DNA from: Raillietiella orientalis
Lineage: Eukaryota
Direction: 5' to 3'
Length of the DNA stretch: 64,000 nucleotides
Assembly: GCA_036172245.1 (NCBI GenBank)
Contig: JAYWIR010000016.1
Location: 3,100,001 to 3,164,000 of the forward strand
Shown here: in pieces, positions 29,480 through 40,268 of the stretch
Layout of the letters: each line of letters starts with the position of its first letter
How positions within the stretch are numbered: position 1 is the stretch's first letter
The notes under the pieces: generated by a model
What the model was told of the DNA's origin: nothing
Seen by the model: the letters and a program-made list of their open reading frames with translations, nothing else
Database searches by the model: none
Program-made: the position numbers and the translations under genes

Positions 29480-32003
29480 ACAGCATGGTGTTCATAGGTA
29501 GTTAATGCAGAAGTTGTTCATTTCGATTCAATGATTTCAAAATGCTAGTTTTCAGCCTTTTCGGACTTCAGTCGTCGCTGTTCTTGCCCTTACCTTTCTT
29601 CGTATTTGGCTCAGGACTGCGATTGCTGTGCAAACGTGGGAGGATTTTGTTAAACGTTGACGATACTTCCGTCGACTTGGTCCGTTTTCAAGGGTTCCCA
29701 CTTTCTGCGTGCGCACGCTGACGCGTGCCCTCCGGGCCGCCCGTAGAGACTGCGTAAGCGACCAATCTTTGCTAGGCAGCTCATCTTTGTCTTCCACCCA
29801 AAGACAGAATTTCGAGCTTATCGAATTCGCTTTTGATTCTTTCATATGCTCAGATTTTGCTGTTTTCTTGCAATCTTTCACAACTGCACTCAAGGTCATA
29901 TTGAGTTTTCTTGTTTGCCATTCCTAGTTCAAGGAGCGTGAAGCTTCCAGTTGGAATAAAACTTTTTCCGAAACACAGGACTCCAGCATCATCTTGGTGT
30001 CTTTTTTTTTCTTCTCTCTCCCTGAGGCGATACTTCCACTAATCGGAACCATTTCCCATCCCCAAGTGTAGTGGCAGTCGTGATGTCAAGGTCTCTTAGC
30101 TTAAGTCTTGGCACAAATACTTTTGAGTGATTTCGGTCGTCAGTGTCCTCAGCAAAAAGCCAGCAATCATGAATTTCAGTCAGACAGCTCTTCCACTTAT
30201 GATTTGAGATGGGATTACGCGTTAACGTCGCAATATAAACGCGAAACATTACTTGATGAAGAACGATAGGATAAATATATTATTACTATCATCATTTTGA
30301 GATAGAAGTGCTTTAAACCCAAAAGGAAGCACGACTAGGATCTAAAAATTCTTTTCTCAGGTTCAATTGAACACTGAATTCAGTTGGATGATTTCGAGTT
30401 TGTTACCTGAGACCTATGGAAATACACCAAACAACCGCAGTTACTCTTAGTTGTTTGGGCCGCATATAGCGAACCAATTAATTGCCACCACATTATGAAA
30501 TTGTTTTGCTTTTTGAAATGCCTTGAGATTTCTCTGGATTGAGAGATGACTGTGTGAAGACAAAGTGAATGTCACACATGAATAGCTGATTTAGTGATTT
30601 ATGATGACATCGCTTCCTAAACGGTTGCATTGCATGGTTACGAAGTATGAGGCATTGACAGCAACAACACGGAATGCATGTTTCTGAAATCCAGGAAAGG
30701 AAAATTGAATCCAAACAAACTTTCCCGTTAACTGTGCGTAAGTGGCATCGGCATCTAATTACCAAGTGCCATTAATTTCTGTGGCCCACAATGTCATCAA
30801 AGACAAGATCGGTATTCATTCAGACTGCACGTTTAGTTGATCCCACTCTAATTCTTAATTACTGATATGAACAACTTTGAAGATGTGGGGCAAGCAACAA
30901 ATTCCAAAAGGTATGGAACACTCTCCAGGAGAAATCGATTAAATTGGAATATATTTCGAACAACACTTACTAAAGTGTGTCCTTATGCAGAATACATAGT
31001 CATGAATCTCTATAAAATATTGAATATATGTATTACAGTGAGCATCGATGACCACAGAATAAGGAAACTACAAAAAAGGAAAACGTGAATTCTGCTCACT
31101 ACCATAATGAACTGAAATGCTCTTCCGCATGTGCATAGCAAAGAGGAAATTGTTCATGGACCTTGTAAAATTTTGTTTCACCAGTGAGTTATGAGCTGTA
31201 CGTATAATACAATTCAATGTACCACATTTACTCGACTGGAAAACCGTTTGGAAATACCATTGAATGGAATCTCATCAAAAAGGATTGACCATCGGTAAGG
31301 CAAGCAACCAAAAAGAGCGTTCGCATGGCATAAGTTCCAGGTGACTTGAAAGTATAATTTTTTGTTGTTGAAGAGTTGGTATCTGTTTGCAGGCACAATT
31401 TGCTCGTTTCAATTTACTGGTCGTAGGCTTCTAGAAATGATACAGTCAATAATCTTCAGCTATAGTCAAGACCTATAATTCTGTTTCAAGCAGTCATCAA
31501 AAAAGACAGCCAGCAATAACAATTATTTTTTTTGTCATAAGCTTTGATTTAGACATTCAAATAGAGAATCGTGTTGACATTATTTAATTTAATTGTTAAA
31601 AATAAACGACACGTAACATTCCAGTATTTATTTCATTTCTGCATCGTAAGGCTTGTGGATAGTTTGCTTTCATAATTCAAATTTATTGCTTATCCAAGTA
31701 TTAGTCAACTTTGGAGAAGATCATGTTGATCTAAATGCATCTCCCTTGTTGCAAGTGCTCGTTTATTTGGATTTGTAATTCACTCACTCCCGAGGCACCC
31801 CTGTTTTTGAAAGAATTCACCGAAGGCGTTTCCGCCGCACCAAAGTCGGAATTCTCCTATTCATTTCCCTTGCGTTGTTCTCACCATGGATGAAAATTAT
31901 GAAGTGCTTGGTTCCCCATTGGCCAAATTTCTGCCTTGCTGGTTTCAGAATTAGATCAAAATCGAAGATTTGGGGATTTCTCTGCCCGCACGAATCACCC
32001 ATC

Positions 32004-32735
32004 ATGTTGTTCTGGTCAGAGTACGATAAAGAGGCGAGGAACGTTAATCAGTATATCCACAGAGTGCACAATGCAGCCCAACGGGACAGATTCGAGTTCC
32101 ATAAGTAAGAGTAAGCACAGTACAGTAATCATAACGCTATGTACTCCTTGTTTGTGTGAAGAGCAGCGCTAGTGATACAGAGTTGGTTTCGAAGTGTTTT
32201 AGTGCAGAAAGCAATAAAACACTTAAATCATCAAGCACTTGTCATTCAGAACGCATGGAGGAACCATCGTAGGCGCGTGTTCCTGAAGAGAGTCTCTCGT
32301 GAGATCCAGCAGAAGAGAGATCTGGAACTGCGACAGAGGATGTGTATAAAGATACAAGCTTCGTTCAGAGGTTACTACAGTAGACGAAATGGAAGTTGCT
32401 TCCGAGATTGGAAAAGATACATTGATTTGGTTTCGGAAATCAATGCTTTAATGCTGGAATCGTTAAGGACTTATCAACTGCTACAGAAATTTGAACAGAA
32501 GAGAGTGTAAAGGGGATGCTAACTACGGGACGCTCGAGTAAACATCTAAACGCAGTTTCTTGTGCGGACATCGCTTCGACGCGTTTTTGACATTTTCAAA
32601 AGGACTCCGACTTCATGGACCTCGGAGAAAAGTCTGCCTACGGTGGCAACTTTTGGGGACCTGGGAATGTGTCGTGCGCAACTCATAAAACGGTCGATGT
32701 CTCCCTTCCCTCTTTTCCGGTACAGCAATAAGTGA
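32004..32735 (+). CDS. SPATA17: Spermatogenesis-associated protein 17-like (three IQ motifs)
   Basis: Exon 1 32004-32104 (MLFWSEYD...FEFHK, gtaaga donor). Exon 2 starts at 32162: AALVIQSWFRS...VIQNAWRNHRRR...IKIQASFRGYYSRR...KRYIDLVSEIN, with SPATA17-like spacing. It ends either at TAA 32508-32510 or through a weak-donor intron to exon 32556-32735, so the 3' end is uncertain. Confidence 0.75.
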
Positions 32736-35700
32736 TGATACATACCACTAATCACGCAATAAATCTCTGAATTACTTATTACTACTAACAACCACTGATT
32801 TTATTCTGATCTGAAATGGTTTTCTACGAGGACCTTCCAGCCTCTGATGAAACTGCGTGAACATTTCAATGCCATATCAAGTGGCTTGCACTTGTATCAT
32901 AGAAACGTCATTTTCATCTCAACAGGAATTAGTAAAAGTTCCTAAGCATCCCTGCTATCGAGCACATCTGGATACCTTTTTTTGCACATAATTCAATCCG
33001 AGGCAAAGATTATTTGCAAGCATCTTTTTTTTCATGTTGCCGAAAAACTATTGCTGTGGTGATGGTGGCTTGTAGTAACAGCATCGGTCTCTTTCAGTAG
33101 GGGATGCGTTGCATCCCACTCATTTGCTCATTAGAAAAGTCTCGAAACCACAAGTTGAGATGAGACGATGAGACAATGTGCAGAAGCTTCGAAAACATCA
33201 AATGTAAAAGACCTGAGGAAACGCTCTTCGTGCTCCGAATCAATCCAAAATGTAAATAAATGCACATTTTCTACGAACGTAGAAGGTGGTGTTCACCGAA
33301 ACGGAATAAGGCAATACAATCCATGCACCAATAAGCACAGAAGAAATATGATTAGGCCTTCTGCATAGGTACCAAACAATCCGTTTGATTGGAAGATTTC
33401 ATGATCACTAACGTTGCAGATAAAGTGAACTCGGTGGAAAGAGAAGTACCAAGAAAGAGTATAGGTGGCTAAATGTTAATCGTAGGTACCCAGAAAACGA
33501 AAATGAATACCGAGACTCTGAGCATCCTGCCCAGCAATCGGCTCTCATTCGCACAGGAAACGCGTCCAGGCTTGGTCCAAGTGAAAGGGCAACTCAGAAA
33601 CTAATCGTCCGTATCCAGTCCATCCCAGGAGACGGCTCGGAACTTCAGCCAGAACAAGTGCGAATGAATTTTCTTTCTTGAGGCTACGAAAATACCGTGT
33701 TTTGATGGTAGCATTTTTTAATAATAGTAGGGTTCATTGATCGTGTTTTTTATTCATTCCAACGAACTTGAGCAAACGCAATGAGCTGAAACGTCTGGAA
33801 TAGAGAACATTCGCAAACCAAAGAAAGTACAGAAACCTCAGAGTAAGAAATAGTTCGCTGTTTTCAGTTCCATCCGCCTTTCAAAAGCTAGGATTCAGCT
33901 CCGGAAAAAAAAATAATGAAAGGAGAACAAATATCGAGATGTGACTCTCTTGCTTTCCTCCGGAGAAGCGTTGGCATTGGTCCAAGCATAGGAGTTTAGA
34001 CGCCCTGAGATCTCAGGAACCAGGAAACCATGCATTCCTGCATGAACTCGAGATCCTTCGCACATGTGTACGAACCGCGTGAGACTCATGATGGTGAGCT
34101 CTGATGTACAAGACACAGACGAAATGTACATCAGGCTCACCTTGAGCAAGCGTCGGACTGGCCAGGGAATGCAACTCAGCTCTCCGAAAGAGATTACACT
34201 TGGTGCAAGTCACAGTAACTTGAAAGCAACAGTACAGACACTCTATTTACGCCTTGGTCCCATAGCGAAGGCAGACAGAGCGACACAAAACACATTGTAG
34301 ACAATATGCATACCAAAATTCTGAATAGAATTTGCTAACTGTAGCTTCTCGATGAATTCCCTTCGCCTTTATGCTCTCTTCCTTGCAGGAAAATAAGTCT
34401 AACGGCTATATTTCAAAAAGCCTATGGACACTGACGTCTAGTACACAAGCCACTTCTGACAGTACATGCGCACACGTAGTGCACTAACCGGACAGTGATT
34501 GCGAGCATTCCGGCTTTCCTCAAGGCTAGCAGTGAACCTTGCTTACCCTTCACAAGCGAATGAAAGAAATCACTTCAGAGCCGTAAAGACCAGATCCAAT
34601 GAATGACCTCCGGAAACTGAGCTCCAATAAAATAAGCACACACTGTTAGCGACTTGCAATCCTATTCCCTCTATGAAGACACTCAAAACCAGCTCCACTA
34701 CCATCTCCTTTGCTATTTGAGAATAATCTCACATTCGTGGTCTTCCTTGAAGTCGAGGACTCCAGATGCTGGTCATTTCTTCGACTTCTGTGGATTTCGA
34801 ATGATTTGTAGCTGTTGTTGTCTCCTAAGTGGACTTATGCAGTAATGCCTATACTCGCAGTGTGTGCAAGCACAAGAAAAGTCCATGTGACTCGCCTCGA
34901 TTATTTTGGATGCAATAGTATTCAGAACAAGTTAGGATCAATTTCCAATGCATTCCCTTATTTTTGCAATTCGGCATTGCATGTTATCAGCCCAGACAAC
35001 TCTCTTTCTAGGGTTTCCACTGCCTTCTTGTCGGACTTCCAATCTGCTGGTTTTCAGCACCGTCCTTTCTATTCTCAAGCGAAAGCAGTCTCGCCCATTT
35101 CATTTTTTTTTCTCCTTTTCTTCCAATTCTTATTCGAATCGCCCTCGTTTCTTTGAACGAGATCCCATTCCATTATTACGTGCATTAATCCAGAATAGTG
35201 GTAAAGTTTTGTGTGATTGGGTTAAGCACTTTGTGACAATATCCAATTGTGAGCAAGAGGATCGAATGCATTACACTCACACGACTTATATTGCACCTTG
35301 ACCTATATTAAGAGTTTCTTTTGTCAGTGTTCTAGAGTAACCTAACCTGCATACGCGGTCCTGATATTCATCATGTACGGTGCATGTTTTTAGCACATAG
35401 GCTAAGAACATGCAGTGTAATTTGCAGAAATCAGCAGGCGATGCGCGAAGCAATGCCTATTGCTTCCTGAAAGTACAGCTTGCACTTATTTGATACAAAA
35501 ATGAGACCATTCATGTCTCTTTAAAGAATACTGGGGCAAAAAGAGTTGGGATTATAATTCCAAAAGAAGCATTACTTTTTAGGACTGTGCTAATGAAGGG
35601 GTCACTGGAAATTCCCAAACCAGTAGCAAGAATAGCAGCAAATCATGAATGAAGTAATGTTGTTCAGCATCATGCAGTCCTTACTACTGGTTCCAAATCG

Positions 35701-36179
35701 AAGAATCGGATTTTCAATTGGGAGAAGTTTGTAAACCTCGTCCCTACTGAATGCTCAGACACCAAAGTGCACAGAAAGAGTGCCTGGATGGAACCCACCT
35801 TACTCCGAAAACAAGATCTCACTTCTCCATCTTTGAAATACTGTTTAAATTGAATTAATGAAGCTTTCCTTTTCTTAGAACGCCTTCTATTCAGAGAGCT
35901 GCTAGGCTCCATCCTGTTTCTCCTTGACTGTCTTGAAACAGCCTCTTTCAGAAATTTCCCGTTTTTCCGTACTAGTCGTCAGGACATTTAAAAGTTTGTA
36001 ATACGTGTTACAAATTTTCATAAACGTGTACGTGCGAACAGAAAAATTATTACCATTATTCCACCAAAGAATGAAAGTTCCGAAACACATCTGGTACGCC
36101 CGAGTTTCCCTCGTAATGCCATTCGTTTGAACCCATGCGATGGAGCGTGTGCTTCCAGCAGCAGAATGCAGTTAATGGA

Positions 36180-39100
36180 ATGGATGCAGTTAATTTTGAT
36201 TTCGTCGTTCCATTTCACGGGACAGATGTAAGGTTAAAAGGTGTCCATCCGGAAGATATAGATCACGAGGGGATCTGTGAACTGTCGGACAGATTAGTGG
36301 TGCAGCATGGGATTCCAGGGTATCTTTCAGAAGGTTGTTAAAATTGCGTTTGTTTAGTCACATTACATAACGTGGTTGCGCAACCTATTTATTCAGGAAC
36401 CCGGAATTGGGTGGCTGTTTTTGAACCGCTTTCCGCCCCAGAGCATGGTTCTGTGTTTGCCCCGGTTTAAAAACTGATGATCCATTTGAACGCGAGCACT
36501 TACGTTTATGGAAAACTTCAAGTTAGAAGTTCGTGAATGGCCATAAACTTGTTATGCATTTTAAACTCTGGAATCTATTATGTGAATGTGGAAACCTTTA
36601 CTTGTGCCGGTTTTGCATTTAAACTCGATCGGCATTTTTTCAATTTCAGATATAATATGATGCAAATCCTTATAATTCTATACGACGCTAGTATTAAAAT
36701 TCAGCAAGATGTTGTCTTCTGAACTTGTACTGAGCTTTCAAACCGCATTTACAGAAAGTAATAAAAAGAATTAATGGAGGTTTGTTTCAGAGATCATTCC
36801 CATTGTACAAACATGTTTACAGAATAATTTGGAAGCCCATTTTGACAGACAGGATGAAGTTCTACTTGAGAACATGCAACATACTGATGACTTGGTTTCT
36901 CAGTGGATGAAAGCCTGTGAGAAGCAGGTACAGATTTTTAAAATCTAAAGTTGTAATCTGAGATGTGTGTGTGCCAGTGGTATGGTTAGTAATCTAGTTT
37001 CTGTATGAGATTGGTACTGTGAAACTTTCTCCTGCTACTTGCTGTAGCACGGATAACTACTGTGGTGAAGTGCTGCTGATATATCAAAGTGAATCTTCAC
37101 ATAAGAATTCGTTGCATCAGTGGACTCTTAGTAAAGTTTGAAAAATTCAGTTATAGTAAACAGTGTTGTCATTATCTTTGAAGGTGCCAAATTTAGATTC
37201 AGGAATTCTATGATTGGATTTGCTTTCACTATGCACTTTCATTTGATTCATTATGATTATTTAAACACATTTTGGAGCATAACTGAAATGTTGCTGAGCT
37301 TAATTTGCTTACATTGCTCTGAATCCTTTGAATGAATTTTTCCAAATCTTGACGCAACCTCAAAAGTTGAATGTGAATAGACATTCTCAATAGTGTTGTA
37401 GAAAAATCAGATTTGTTTTTCCAGACCAATCAGTTTGTAAATGCAAAAAGTTGCATCATATGGATGAAGTCTCTACTTCTTTTTCTCCTGATGTGAGTGC
37501 TCAATTTTTATTTCATTTTACATTGTTTTTTCTTCCACTGTCTTGTAGGTGTGTGACATCAGGGTTGCCTGTATTGATGAATTTAGGAAAATTTGGTGTA
37601 TGAATGTATAGGCATGTTGTGTACACATGAATGCTTCAGTATTCAAGTGAATACCCTGTTGGTATAGCCATAAGTTATTTTATAATTATGTCATTTAAAC
37701 ATTGTGGTGAATTATTACTGACAGCAAAGGAAGTTTGCTGCAGTAATAATTTGTCTTCTGCATGTAGCTGTTGGATCACATTAATATTGAAAGTGCTTGC
37801 AGTAGTTAAGATTTATCAGTTAACCAACTAATAGCAATAGTTATCACCCTGTGTGATTATCATTATTGTTCATTTTTCCAGTACATTGTATGGAATCATT
37901 CACATTTTGACTTGATTTTATTGATTCATCAAATGTTTCTGTGGTTCTAAGTTTTAATTTTACTCTCCACATTTCCGCTACTAGCACCAGGAGACTCAAG
38001 AAAAGACTTGCACGAAAGAAGATCAGTTGTTTTGTGAAATGTACCAGAAATTAACACAGTCAGTAGCATTAGAAAATGTTCTCTTTCTGGAAATGGAACT
38101 CATAGAAACATTCCAGCAACAGTGCAAAGATATTCTTTCTGTTTACAAGTAAGTTTTGATTTTTCTCATTTACATCATGATTTTTATCACTTGCTCTGAT
38201 AAGTTCAGATGCTTCCCAGAGATTTCCCTTGAACATGAGTTACTGGTTTCAAAGTTATCCGTGTTGCATCGGCAATTTAAAAACCAGTTCAGAGAAGAAA
38301 TCGTCAAAATCGAAAATCAAATGCAAAAAGGTACTTTAAAAAAATTGACAAGCTTTGTAAGGTTAGTTTTGACTCATCCTTGTTATTTCATTCATTTTGT
38401 CACAGAGAATTTGGGCCATCTGTCTGCCAGTCGGCTTCCCACTGTAGTGAGAGCTTCACCATTCATTTGGGGATGCAAATGAAGCAATCTGTCAATTTAC
38501 GTCTAACTATTGCAGAACTGTTGGAAATTCCACTTGAGTCTTCGTATGCTGAAAGGTGGTTTTTAAAGTCTTTTAAAGAATGTTTGGTTATAATGTAAAG
38601 ATTTAGGAAATCCCAATGTTTGAATTCCTTGCTGAGTTTGTATGGCACTAATTTGAATGGAACTGTGTTACTTTCATCAGATTCCAGGACAGATTCAGGT
38701 GAACAGTTGTTTTAATGATTATATGATATCATAATGAGTAAAATGATCCCTTGATGATAATACTCAAAAAATCAATCCCATTGTTAAAAATTCAGATTAA
38801 AGATTCAGGCATTCTGCTCATAAGGCCGAAAGCTAATGACCGATTATTTCAACAGATTCGTTTTCTGAAAATCAGAAATCTCGCAAAAAACACAGCAGTC
38901 ATTTGTACAGTTTGCATTTTCATAAACCGAATGTCTAGTGTTCCTCAGAACTGCTTGCACCATGCCTGAGTTACATTTCGAAAACGTTTTTGAACAGTTG
39001 TCATTTGTCAATGATGTTATCATCAAGGAAGCTTTGCAGTGGCGTGAAAAACATCCTTCTGTTCTGGATGACCAGCTAAAAACTGCGCAGGTTAGAGTTG

Positions 39101-39666
39101 CATAAAAAAAATTAAGACTAATCAACTGCAGTAGTGTCGTGGATTTGCTTTAGGTGATGTACTTGTCACCCATCATTCCAACATACCAGATGTGCAAGTG
39201 GTATTCCACTTGGTATCAGATGGATCTCACGTCCTGAAAAACATAAACTCACGTAATCCTTTGATTTTGGGGTTAAGAAACATTCTTCGGATTGCCAGCC
39301 TTTGTGATATTACCACCTTGACCCTCCCTTTACTGTTGACACAGACCATTACCGAGGTGAGCTTTTGAAGTTTTAGCAGTGTTTGAGATCTTGCAGGAAA
39401 TGACGGTAACCTGGTGCTTGCGCATGGCAGAGCTGATGTTTAAGTGTATCAAAGGGTTCCTCATTGAGATGAATTCTTGGGGAGGGTCCCAGATCAAAAC
39501 ATTGCAATTTGTGCTACCCAAGGTATACATAATTTCAGTTTTTTATTTATACACTAATGACTTTTTTTTTCTAAAGGATCTTTCAGAAGATTTGTTTTCT
39601 AGCATGACTACCCTTCTTTCCAGCATATTTCGCATTGCCACCCCTTTAGTGGTATCCTCTGTTTAA
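36180..39666 (+). CDS. FERRY3: FERRY endosomal Rab5 effector complex subunit 3 (C12orf4 / DUF2362 homologue)
   Basis: Exons 36180-36333 (alternative in-frame ATG at 36135), 36791-36927, 37985-38148, 38209-38361, 38406-38555, 38607-38698, 38939-39090, 39135-39356, 39397-39522, 39577-39666. Motifs: SESFTIHLGMQMK, LSLYGTNLNG, ELHF, GDVLVTHHSN, VVFHLV, RNPLILGLRNIL, DITTLTLPLLL, EMTVTWCLRMAELMFKCIKGFLIEM, TLQFVLP. Confidence 0.92.
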
Positions 39667-39711
39667 ATGAGAATGTTCCTTTCTTCCAGATTTACATGTG
39701 TGAATTGAGAT

Positions 39712-40227
39712 ATGCTCAAAGCGAAGTTTTTATCAGAGACATTCAGTAAATGTTCTGGCAGAATTGTTTATGTTTCTTCTTCAAGTCCACATTTTAAAAA
39801 TAGTGCTTGTGATCAAACTGATTTAATTGGTCCTCTTGATAAACACTCTAACTTGCTGCGGGTGCATTTCTGGCTTCCAAATGCTACTAGCACCAAACTG
39901 GAGCACAGGTATTATCAGCTACGTCGGAAAGTATATAACTGGAACCATAAGTTCTGGAGGGAACACAACGAAGATTTCCATCAAGTAGGACTTCAGTATA
40001 GCTAGTGCATCTGTGTAGCATGTCTGTTGCAGTGCAAAACAAGATACCTGCAGAACTCAGAAGATCTGTCGTTGTTCTATAAGCAGTTTTTGGATGACAA
40101 ATGGCAGGTTCACTATCAGTATAATTGGCAGTGGTACAAATATAACATCTGCATCACTTTGCTAGCCGCGCTAGTCGCTGTTTCTAGATTCCTTCAGAAA
40201 ATCCATAAGGGAATAAAGGCTCTATAA
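39712..40227 (+). CDS. COA8: Cytochrome c oxidase assembly factor 8 (APOPT1 / DUF2315)
   Basis: Exons 39712-39984 and 40033-40227 (48-nt GT-AG intron). Motifs: DLIGPLDKHSNL, WNHKFWREHN, FYKQFL...HYQYNWQWYKYN, plus a presequence-like N-terminus. Confidence 0.92.
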
Positions 40228-40268
40228 TATCACAGCTTTCCATGCATTTTGCAAGGGTATTATAAAAA

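Noticed and set aside
33100..36130. Scattered splice-like sites and short ORFs between SPATA17 and FERRY3
   Set aside because: I could not assemble a stop-free, phase-consistent model on either strand.
38751..38868. Box C/D-like TGATGA...CTGA in the 240-nt FERRY3 intron 6
   Set aside because: No terminal stem or recognisable rRNA guide, and these motifs are common in AT-rich DNA.
39652..39712. Spliced FERRY3-COA8 fusion protein
   Set aside because: The in-frame TGA at 39706-39708 blocks the COA8 frame downstream of the acceptor, and other phases are out of frame.
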